A stretch of DNA of 60,040 nt. Source: Candidatus Aenigmatarchaeota archaeon (GTDB lineage Archaea > EX4484-52). Shown in pieces: positions 47,924 through 56,502 of this stretch; position 1 is the stretch's first letter; every line of letters starts with the position of its first letter. Where the stretch lies: the NCBI GenBank assembly GCA_023137195.1, contig JAGLPV010000024.1, positions 1 to 60,040 of the forward strand. The letters run 5' to 3'. Position numbers and translations under genes: made by a program. A model generated the notes under the pieces. That model was not told the DNA's origin, did no database searches, and was given only the letters and a program-made list of their open reading frames with translations.

Positions 47924-49987
47924 TTAATATTCGTAAAATCCTTTTGGACCGTGGCTTCCTTTTTTGTAAGGTATGAGAGGTATGCCTTCCTTTAACTTTA
48001 AAATTTCGTCGGTGATTTTCCAGGATGTTTTCAATACATCGTACCTGGAAAATAAAGTCTTGTCTCCCCTGATGCAGTCTGCTATTAATTTTTCATAGGT
48101 GCTTATGCTTCTGGATCCAAAAGAACGGGCGTGGCTGTGCTCCATCAGGTGAGCCGCAAATGCTCCTTTCGGGTTTTTTAGATTAAGCCGAAAACTGATG
48201 TTCTTGATTGGTTGTATGTTGATAAAAAGCGTGTTTGGCTTTGCTGAAGGAAAGAGACATTTGTGTTTTTGATGCTGCTTAAATATAATTTCAATGCAGG
48301 CTCTTTTTTTTGTTAATCTCTTGCCTGTCCTTAAAATGATTGGGGTTCCCTTCCACCGTTCGTTGTTGCATGCTAATTTTAATTCAACGAAAGTCTCGGT
48401 GTTTGTTTGGGTTATGCCTGCTTTTTTTGCTTCATCAACATAGCCCTCGTACTGACCTACTACAATATTTTTTGAAGAAGTAATGCTTATTGTGTCTAGC
48501 ACCTTGACTTTTTCATTGTTTATGCTTTTTTCGTCCAAATCCTCCGGCGCATTCATAAGCATCAGGGAGACTATCTGGAGCAGATGGTTTTGGACCATGT
48601 CTTTGATTGCCCCGGCAGTGGCATAATATGCGAGCCTGTTCCCGACACCCATATCTTCGTCTGCAATTATATTGATTTGGTCGATGAATTTATTGGACCA
48701 TGTATGCTCAAAAAGAGGATTTGAAAACCTGAATGCAAGGAGGTTTTGGACTGTGTATTTTCCAAGATAGTGATCAATCCGGTAGATTGACTTTTCGGAA
48801 AAAACATTTCTTGCTTTCCTATCTAATTGGATTGATGATTCAAGGCAGTCACCGAAAGGTTTCTCAAATACTATTCGCCTGAAGTGTTCCGGGTGCTCGC
48901 AGAGGTTGTATTTCTCCAGCTGATCAATGACATTACATACTACTTCATTGCTTGTTGCAAGATAGTATATCCTGTTTCCTGAGGTCTTTGCTGATTTTGA
49001 CAGATATTCTTCAAATCCTTCCAGGGCATTTGGTGCGCTCAGGTCTGCCTGGAAGTAGTGGATATCTATGTTATCCCATGTGCTTTGGTCAATGTCATTG
49101 TCAAATTTAATAAGATGTTTTTTGTATTCTTCGTCAGACAACGGTCTTCTGCCTATACCTACAATAGAAAAATCAGATGGGATTGCTCTTTTTTTTACAA
49201 GGGAAAATATTGCGGGTGCCAGTTTTATCTTGGCAAGATCGCCGGTGCCTCCGAATACTATTAGCGTAAATGGTTTTATCTTCTCCAGATTGTCTGTGAA
49301 TACATAAGGGTGCTTTGTATTATTAATGAGTTTGGCAGGGCATTGCTCTGTCGATAGTTCCGGGTTTTTAAAGTTCTGGAATGCCTGCCGTTTGTCTTTG
49401 GTCAAAAATAATGCAATCGCTGTATCTGCATCCTCAAGCATATTTCTTGAAGCAGTTAGTCTTTCAAGTGGTGGTTTTGGCGAATCAGACATTGTGAAAT
49501 ATTCGCACCCGTTGTGTCTAATAGAATGGTGTTGCGGGGAAAGCGCCGCGACATGACTGTCTTCTCCTGCACTCAAAAGCACAATATCCAGCGGCTGAAA
49601 TTTCTTAAATTCTTCATTGTATTTTTTTACGCCCTTATCTTTTACAAATATGTCCAGCTCAAAAGGATGTACGTTTTGAGCAGGTATCTTTTTCTCTTCC
49701 AGTAATTTTGATAAGAACGAATCGTATGCATTCTTATAAATGGAGTGCCTGGAAGTGTTCTCTACCAGACGCTCATCCACCATGAAAATATGCACTTTCT
49801 CCCAGGGAATATTGGTCGTGGTTTTAAATATCTCGAATATTTCCACTATGCTTTTCCCTCCGCAAATGCCCAATACAACATATTCTTTTTGGAGAAGTAA
49901 TCTTTTGACAGAAGCTTCTATTATTTTGACAGCTTTCTTTGCCAAAGTGCGCCTGTATTCATTTGAAATGATTGTTGTTTCTGTCAT
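47924..49987 (-). CDS. zwf: Fused 6-phosphogluconolactonase / glucose-6-phosphate dehydrogenase
   Basis: N-term VDER, GEDSHVA, PKPP..R; C-term GGTGDLA, EKPFG, RIDHYLGK, DMVQNH. Confidence 0.9.
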   Translation of the reverse strand: MTETTIISNEYRRTLAKKAVKIIEASVKRLLLQKEYVVLGICGGKSIVEIFEIFKTTTNIPWEKVHIFMVDERLVENTSRHSIYKNAYDSFLSKLLEEKKIPAQNVHPFELDIFVKDKGVKKYNEEFKKFQPLDIVLLSAGEDSHVAALSPQHHSIRHNGCEYFTMSDSPKPPLERLTASRNMLEDADTAIALFLTKDKRQAFQNFKNPELSTEQCPAKLINNTKHPYVFTDNLEKIKPFTLIVFGGTGDLAKIKLAPAIFSLVKKRAIPSDFSIVGIGRRPLSDEEYKKHLIKFDNDIDQSTWDNIDIHYFQADLSAPNALEGFEEYLSKSAKTSGNRIYYLATSNEVVCNVIDQLEKYNLCEHPEHFRRIVFEKPFGDCLESSIQLDRKARNVFSEKSIYRIDHYLGKYTVQNLLAFRFSNPLFEHTWSNKFIDQINIIADEDMGVGNRLAYYATAGAIKDMVQNHLLQIVSLMLMNAPEDLDEKSINNEKVKVLDTISITSSKNIVVGQYEGYVDEAKKAGITQTNTETFVELKLACNNERWKGTPIILRTGKRLTKKRACIEIIFKQHQKHKCLFPSAKPNTLFINIQPIKNISFRLNLKNPKGAFAAHLMEHSHARSFGSRSISTYEKLIADCIRGDKTLFSRYDVLKTSWKITDEILKLKEGIPLIPYKKGSHGPKGFYEY

Positions 49988-50688
49988 ATTATATCTGTTA
50001 ATATATATGGGTGTTTTGCCTTAGTGATTGTTTTTGCAGGACATTGAATTGTTGAGAGTTCCGGATTTTTAAAGTTCAGGAAGGCTTGTTTTTTGCCTTC
50101 TCCTAAAAATAATACTATTGCTGTGTCTGCATTTTCAATCATGGTTTTTGTTGAGGTGATTCTTTCCTTGGGTGGTTTTGGCGAATCGTGCATCATAAAA
50201 AATTCATTTCCTTCCTGTTTTATAGAGTGATGCCCCGGGAAAACTGCCGCGATATGACCGTCTTCTCCTGAACCTAAAATGACAATATCGAATGGCTGAA
50301 ATTTCTTAAATTCTTCATTGTATTGTTTTATTCCTTTGTCTTCTGCTGATTTGTCCAAATGAAATGGGTGTATATTTTCAGCTGGTATTTTTTTTTCTTT
50401 TAGTAATTTTGATAAGAATAATTCGTATGCGTTCCTGTAATTGGAATCAGGAGAATCCTTATCGACTAAACGTTCGTCCACCATGAAAAAATGTATTTTC
50501 TCCCATGGGAGAAGAGTTGTAGTTTTGAATTCTTCGAATATCTCTGCTACACTCCTTCCTCCGGGAATAGCCACTACTACTTTTTCTTTTTGAGAAAGTA
50601 TTCTTTTGACTGATTCTGCTATTGTCTCGACAGCACTCTTTGCTAAAGTGCGCCTGCATTTATTTGAAATGATTCTTGTTTCCGTCAT
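49984..50688 (-). CDS. pgl: 6-phosphogluconolactonase
   Basis: GGRS, VDER, DSN, GEDGHIA, SPKPP.ERIT. Confidence 0.9.
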   Translation of the reverse strand: MTETRIISNKCRRTLAKSAVETIAESVKRILSQKEKVVVAIPGGRSVAEIFEEFKTTTLLPWEKIHFFMVDERLVDKDSPDSNYRNAYELFLSKLLKEKKIPAENIHPFHLDKSAEDKGIKQYNEEFKKFQPFDIVILGSGEDGHIAAVFPGHHSIKQEGNEFFMMHDSPKPPKERITSTKTMIENADTAIVLFLGEGKKQAFLNFKNPELSTIQCPAKTITKAKHPYILTDII

Positions 50689-51593
50689 TTTGGCTGATTA
50701 TGCCCTCCGAATTCATATCTTAATGCCTGTACAACTTTTCCCTGATAACGTGGTTCTTTCATTGATCTGAATCTTGCATTTACAGATTCTTCAATTACCG
50801 GGACCGGAACATTCAGCTCTTTTGCGGTCTTGACTGTCCACTCTCCCTCACCACTCAAACCTACTGCGCCGGTGTATTTTTCGAGTTCAATATCATTTGA
50901 ATAAGCTCTTTCTATGAGTTCCACAAGCCAGCTTCTGATTACAGAACCATTGTTCCAGACCTGAGAGAGCTTTCTTTTATCTATGCCATCATTGAACTCT
51001 GATTTTTCAACAACTTCAAATCCTTCTCCCATTGCCTGCATCATTCCGTATTCTATGCCATTGTGTATCATCTTGACAAAATGACCTGCTCCTGCTTTAC
51101 CGAAATAGCCGTATCCATTTTCTACACTGGTATCTCTAAAGATATCCTCTATTTTGTCATATGCTTTTTTGTCTCCTCCGACCATATAACAGGCGCCGTT
51201 CCTTGCACCTTCGATTCCTCCTGATGTCCCGACATCCAGAAACAGTATGCCTTTTTCATTGAGAAATTGACCATGCTCTATGGAATCCTTGTAGTATGAG
51301 TTTCCGCCATCTACCAGAAGGTCTCCTTCTCTCATATATGGAAGTATATTTTTCATGACTTCTTCAAGAGCATCTCCTGCAGGAACCATCAGCCAAACAA
51401 CTTTATTTTCGCCAAGCTTCTCTGAAAATTCCTCTAATGAGTACGCCCCTGTAGCTCCCTCTTTTTCAATATCCTCTACTTTTCCCCTGCTTCTATTATA
51501 TGCAACAACTTCGTGCCCCTTATCCATGAGATTTAACGCCAAATTATAGCCCATTCTTCCAAGCCCGAGAATTCCTATTTTTATCTTGTCCAT
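50685..51593 (-). CDS. gnd: 6-phosphogluconate dehydrogenase (short, decarboxylating)
   Basis: GLGRMG, DGGNS, GTSGG, KMIHNGIEYG, FGGH. Confidence 0.93.
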   Translation of the reverse strand: MDKIKIGILGLGRMGYNLALNLMDKGHEVVAYNRSRGKVEDIEKEGATGAYSLEEFSEKLGENKVVWLMVPAGDALEEVMKNILPYMREGDLLVDGGNSYYKDSIEHGQFLNEKGILFLDVGTSGGIEGARNGACYMVGGDKKAYDKIEDIFRDTSVENGYGYFGKAGAGHFVKMIHNGIEYGMMQAMGEGFEVVEKSEFNDGIDKRKLSQVWNNGSVIRSWLVELIERAYSNDIELEKYTGAVGLSGEGEWTVKTAKELNVPVPVIEESVNARFRSMKEPRYQGKVVQALRYEFGGHNQPK

Positions 51594-52005
51594 AAATATT
51601 CACTTTCTAAAGATATATAATTTTATGCCCTGTTCTATTTAAAAATCTATCTTTGAGAAGAAATTAACTTTTATCTAAAGGAAAATATTCTCTTAAATTA
51701 TATCATTAATTTCAAGTAAAAATCTTTCAAAAAAGATTCTTCTTTATTTCAATAAAAGAGTCTTACTCTAAATACTACTTTTAATGTTGTAAATAAACTT
51801 CTTGTGAAATTTTACTGCTTATTTACAATGTGAAAGATTTTTTCATGTTGTATCTAAACTTGTATATGAGATATAGTTTATACACAATACAACAACTATT
51901 TAGTTGTTTAATATTATCTTCGATTAAACTGGTATTTTAGTCTCTCTCTCTTTAAAAAAACGGATTTGTCTGCTGAACAAAAAATTTGGAAATAAACTAC
52001 TTTTC

Positions 52006-52048
52006 AGTTATCTTAAAAAAACAAATATTTATATATCTTTAGATAACT
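52006..52048 (+). promoter_or_regulatory. TATA box flanked by inverted repeat upstream of the Fic gene
   Basis: AGTTATCT (52006-52013) and AGATAACT (52041-52048) around TTTATATA. Confidence 0.4.
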
Positions 52049-52056
52049 AAGATAAT

Positions 52057-53106
52057 ATGAAAAATAAAAATAACGCGATTAAAGACGTTTCAATCGAGAA
52101 ATTAAAAAAACAACTGGTAGTCAAAAAAATAAAAGGAAAAGAATATTATTATAGCAGGGCAAAAATCAATATAGACCTGGGGCAATACAGAGTTATAAAA
52201 CAAAAAGAAAGTTATTTGTGCCCTGTGGATTCCTGTGATTTTGAACTTGAGCGTTGCTATGTTGCTGTAAGAAAAAAACTTTTTTCTGAATTTTTTGATT
52301 TTCTTTATGACTTCTCAAAAAAAACATATTCTTCAGAATATATTGGGGAAAAGGAAAGGAAACTGCTTGAAATCCTAAGGTTTGGCTATAACATTCTCCT
52401 GAAGGAATACGGGGATTCCGACCTTAAAAGATATGAAAATAGTGTGTATGTGAAATACGTGTATGGGACAACAAGCATTGAAGGAAACACATATACTCTC
52501 AGGGAAACAGATCTTACATTAAACGAGGGGCTGACTGTCGGCGGAAAAGAAAAGAGGGAGTTTTATGAAATTGAAAATTACGGCAAACTAAAGAAATACC
52601 AGGAATCTGTAAAAAAAATAGACATCAATATCCGATTCATCAGGAAACTACATTCTCTTATCATGGATAATATTGACGCAAATTCAGCAGGGGAGTTCAG
52701 GAGAATTGACGTTGGACTCACAGGCACAGAATATGAGCCCATCCCTTCTTTGTTTGTGGAAGAGGAAATGGAAAAACTGGTTGACTGGTATAAAAAAAAT
52801 GAGAACATGATACATCCTGTTGAACTGGCATCCTTGTTTCACCAGAGATTTGAAGAGATTCATCCTTTTATTGACGGGAATGGTAGAGTTGGAAGAGAAC
52901 TGATTCGGTTGATGCTGGAAAAAAACAAATACCCTACTATTTTTATCGACAGGACAAAGAGGGAAGAATACCTGAAAAGTCTTGATGAAGGCAATGACGG
53001 AAAACATAAGAGGCTGGTTAAATTTATTGTAGACGATCTTTTGGCTGTCCATGACCGGCTCCTGAATAATGCAGGGAAAAGCCTGGGGGAAAACAACTCC
53101 TTTTAA
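52057..53106 (+). CDS. Fic domain protein with N-terminal inhibitory motif
   Basis: HPFIDGNGRVGR catalytic motif; TTSIEGN matches (S/T)xxxE(G/N). Confidence 0.9.
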   Translation: MKNKNNAIKDVSIEKLKKQLVVKKIKGKEYYYSRAKINIDLGQYRVIKQKESYLCPVDSCDFELERCYVAVRKKLFSEFFDFLYDFSKKTYSSEYIGEKERKLLEILRFGYNILLKEYGDSDLKRYENSVYVKYVYGTTSIEGNTYTLRETDLTLNEGLTVGGKEKREFYEIENYGKLKKYQESVKKIDINIRFIRKLHSLIMDNIDANSAGEFRRIDVGLTGTEYEPIPSLFVEEEMEKLVDWYKKNENMIHPVELASLFHQRFEEIHPFIDGNGRVGRELIRLMLEKNKYPTIFIDRTKREEYLKSLDEGNDGKHKRLVKFIVDDLLAVHDRLLNNAGKSLGENNSF

Positions 53107-53371
53107 ACACCGTACAAAAAATGTTTGGTTTTCCGGAAAATTTTCTTCTTTAAAAATTAATTCTTTTTTACCCACCGTACTCTCATTTCCCTGGTTCTGT
53201 AATGAAAATGTTATAAAACAATGCGTAAAAAAGCAAAATTATATATAGTTTTAATACTATATATTAGATAAAACAATGTGTTTTACTTTTTTTTGGACTA
53301 ATAAATTAAACAAGATGAAATGAAAGAATTGCCTATAATATAGAGGCAAATAATAAAGGGAGGTAAATGAT

Positions 53372-55129
53372 ATGGAAAAAAATATATTAGTATTTTCTCT
53401 ATTGATAGTTTTATTTTTTTCTTTGACAACTGTATATGGAGTAACGGAAGAACAAAAAGAACAAGCAATTGGAAATGGAACGATTTGGTTGGCAAATCAA
53501 CAAAATCCTGGTGGAAGTTGGGGTCTTTGGGAACAAACAGCATATACATGTTTCGCATTGATCAAACTACAGGATAGAGCATATGAGTTGGATTTTGAGT
53601 CGCCTTTTGACCCTAATTACGAATACTCAAGCAATGTTACTGCAGGTTGGAATTATATATTTGGCACTGACAATTTCAGTAATCCACTTTATGTCCACAG
53701 CAATACATTAAGCAATCAGAGCCATACTGGTGGAGCAAGCGGTACTGTAGATAACCCTGATTCAAATTCAAACGGGATAGGTATATCTTTTGATTCAGGT
53801 ATTGTTCATCATAAGACTTATTCTACAGGCATATGTTTGATGGCTCTTGCATCCAGCGGAACGCCAAACAGGACAAATGATGGAGGAATAGACTTTGATG
53901 GAGATAGCAACCCGGATACATTTGGTCAGATAGCACAGGATACTGCTGATTGGACTGCCTATGCCCAGGGAGATTTAGGAAATGATGAAGGTGGTTGGGG
54001 CTATGCAGCCATTAACAATAATGTATATGAAGCTACGGGTAACTGGACCGACAATTCAAATAGCGGTTATGCCATGATGGGTCTTGCTGCTGCAGAAGGT
54101 TTTGGATGCACTGTTCCGCCATGGGTAAAAACAGAACTAAATGTCTGGATAAATACAATACAGGATCCGGTAAACGGTGGTTCATGGTATAATCCTGATT
54201 GGAACTTTAATCCATGGGTAAATGAGCTAAAGACAGGCAATCTTATCTTTGAGATGACATACTATGGCGACAATGAAGGAGTTCCGCGGTTTGATTATGC
54301 AATGGACTATATTGCAAGACATTGGAATGACAACAATACTGACCCTGGCTGGAGAGGAGATATGGGCATTGACGACGATGGCGATGGATTAATAGACGAA
54401 GACCCTCTTGACGCAATAGATAATGACGGAGACGGACTGTTTAACGAGGATAGAGGAGAAAAAGCAAACTACCAGGCTATGTTCACTCTTATGAAAGGTT
54501 TTGAGTACAGTGGAATAGAATTGATAGACCTTGATAACGACAGCATAGCAGAGCACGATTGGTTTGATGAATTTGCACAAGTCATATTAGATCAGCAAAA
54601 TGCAGATGGTTCATGGTCTGGTTGTCCTTTAGGAAATCCAATACTGTGTACTGAATGGGCATTGCTTACACTGGAAAAAATCTCGCCACCTGCTCCAAAG
54701 ATAGAAGTCTATGTTGATATCAAACCCAGTTCATGTCCGAATCCAATAAATACAAAAAGCAAAGGTGTTTTGCCTGTTGCTCTTCTTGGCACAGAGGATT
54801 TTGATGTAGAGACAATTGATCCGGCTACAATCCAACTAAAACTAAATATAGGAGATGAAGAATTTGTAGAACCAATCCGATGGAACTATGAAGATGTTGC
54901 CACACCATTTGAAGGAGAGACATGCGGATGCCATGATGCCAACGGTGATGGATTTATGGATTTATCCCTTAAATTCAGCACCCTGGATGTAGTTGCACTC
55001 GGCATAGGAGATTTCGCAGGACAGACAATTCCACTTGTATTGACCGGAACTCTTAAAGAAGAATATGGTGGAACGCCAATCGAAGGTCAGGATTGTGTAT
55101 GGGTCTTAGACAAGACAAAAAATAAATAG
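53372..55129 (+). CDS. Secreted prenyltransferase/squalene-cyclase-repeat (alpha/alpha toroid) protein
   Basis: Signal peptide, QQNPGGSW and QQNADGSW QW-type repeats, DxDxDG loops, C-terminal VDIKP..CPNPIN domain; GGGAGGT RBS. Confidence 0.65.
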   Translation: MEKNILVFSLLIVLFFSLTTVYGVTEEQKEQAIGNGTIWLANQQNPGGSWGLWEQTAYTCFALIKLQDRAYELDFESPFDPNYEYSSNVTAGWNYIFGTDNFSNPLYVHSNTLSNQSHTGGASGTVDNPDSNSNGIGISFDSGIVHHKTYSTGICLMALASSGTPNRTNDGGIDFDGDSNPDTFGQIAQDTADWTAYAQGDLGNDEGGWGYAAINNNVYEATGNWTDNSNSGYAMMGLAAAEGFGCTVPPWVKTELNVWINTIQDPVNGGSWYNPDWNFNPWVNELKTGNLIFEMTYYGDNEGVPRFDYAMDYIARHWNDNNTDPGWRGDMGIDDDGDGLIDEDPLDAIDNDGDGLFNEDRGEKANYQAMFTLMKGFEYSGIELIDLDNDSIAEHDWFDEFAQVILDQQNADGSWSGCPLGNPILCTEWALLTLEKISPPAPKIEVYVDIKPSSCPNPINTKSKGVLPVALLGTEDFDVETIDPATIQLKLNIGDEEFVEPIRWNYEDVATPFEGETCGCHDANGDGFMDLSLKFSTLDVVALGIGDFAGQTIPLVLTGTLKEEYGGTPIEGQDCVWVLDKTKNK

Positions 55130-55139
55130 ACGCACATCC

Positions 55140-55157
55140 TCTTTTTTTCTTTTTTTT
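55140..55157 (+). terminator. Oligo-T archaeal terminator
   Basis: Two T runs just after the stop at 55129. Confidence 0.45.
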
Positions 55158-55269
55158 AAATTTTAGATAATATTTTATATTTCTCTCAAATTACAATAAA
55201 TCATTTGTTTTTCCACAATCAACTCAACCGGCAGAAATGTTTATATATTATTGACTACAGATATATTTT

Positions 55270-56394
55270 ATGAACAGGCATCATCATCTTTTTCATTTTC
55301 TGCATAACAGGGAATTGAATGAATTATATATCAGCATTGCTATCCGGACATTTGCGCTGTCCATGGTCAATGTCTTTGTGCCGATATATCTATTAAAGCT
55401 GGGGTATTCCCTGGCATCTGTATTGATTTTCTATGCGATACTAAATGCCGTGCATGCGCTGTTTGTTATACCTGCCTCTATGATTTGCTCAAAATATGGC
55501 TTCAAACACTCTATATTTTTTAGCATACCTTTTTTACTGGTTTTTTACATGCTGTTGTATTCGCTGGAGCAATACAGTTGGTCTTTGTATTTCCCTGCGA
55601 TTGTTTTTGGATTCAGCAATGCGCTTTTTTGGATGGGCTATCATGTGGATTTCTCGAAGTTTAGCGACAGGAAAAACAGGGGAGAAGAATTGGGCGTGGC
55701 TAGGATAATAAGCCAGCTGTTTCATATAATCGGCCCGGCTGTCGGGGGGCTAATTTTGACATTTATTGGTTTCAAAGCTTTGTTTGCATGTGTATCTGTG
55801 CTTTTGATGGCATCTGTAATTCCTCTTTTCTTTTCAAAAGATATACACGAACCGATGAATTTCTCTTTGACTGAAATATTTAATGGACTGAACTTAAAAG
55901 ACCGTTTGGCATTTATCGGGTATGGAATAGAAAGCGGCATGGGAACAGTAATATGGCCTATATTCATATTCTTTTCAATCTTAAATAATTATACTTCACT
56001 TGGATTTGTCTCCTCGTTGTCTTTATTTTTCTCATTGATTTTTATTTTTGTCATATCCCGATTTTCGGATAGTTACAGGAGACTTGCCCTTAGAATAGGT
56101 GCTGTTGCCAATGCGGTTATCTGGACAATGAGATCATTTGTAAAAACCGGTTTCTATGTATTTGTGATTGATTCATTCTATGGAATTGCCCAGACGACAA
56201 TAAATATCCCCTTTGATGCATTGTGCTATGATAAAGCAAACAAGAGCAATATTGTAAAATTCATAATAAACAGGGAAATTGCCATCCAGACAGGAAGGGT
56301 GTTTCTTTTTCTGGCGCTGTTGTCTGTTACGGATTTAGTTGCTGGATTTGTCCTCGGAGGGGTAGGGGCATCAGTCCTTTATTTGTTGTTTTAG
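55270..56394 (+). CDS. MFS transporter
   Basis: About 12 TM helices, KYGFK and RFSD loop motifs, GPAVGG. Confidence 0.82.
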   Translation: MNRHHHLFHFLHNRELNELYISIAIRTFALSMVNVFVPIYLLKLGYSLASVLIFYAILNAVHALFVIPASMICSKYGFKHSIFFSIPFLLVFYMLLYSLEQYSWSLYFPAIVFGFSNALFWMGYHVDFSKFSDRKNRGEELGVARIISQLFHIIGPAVGGLILTFIGFKALFACVSVLLMASVIPLFFSKDIHEPMNFSLTEIFNGLNLKDRLAFIGYGIESGMGTVIWPIFIFFSILNNYTSLGFVSSLSLFFSLIFIFVISRFSDSYRRLALRIGAVANAVIWTMRSFVKTGFYVFVIDSFYGIAQTTINIPFDALCYDKANKSNIVKFIINREIAIQTGRVFLFLALLSVTDLVAGFVLGGVGASVLYLLF

Positions 56395-56502
56395 TGATTG
56401 TAATTTATAGATGAATGGAGAAGTTAATAGAGTTGGAAATTAATATTTATTTCTTCGCACAACTAATAATTTTTAAGCTTTTGCTTCAATTTATTATTTG
56501 TT

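Noticed and set aside
51594-52056. Replication origin
   Set aside because: AT-rich but no ORB-like repeats and no adjacent cdc6/orc1
52221-52240. CCTGTGGATTCCTGTG resembling the intergenic repeat
   Set aside because: Inside the Fic coding frame, no partner arm; likely chance
53108-53180. CACCGTAC direct repeat around TTTTCCGGAAAA as a possible MITE with target duplication
   Set aside because: Single short instance without terminal inverted repeats or a second copy
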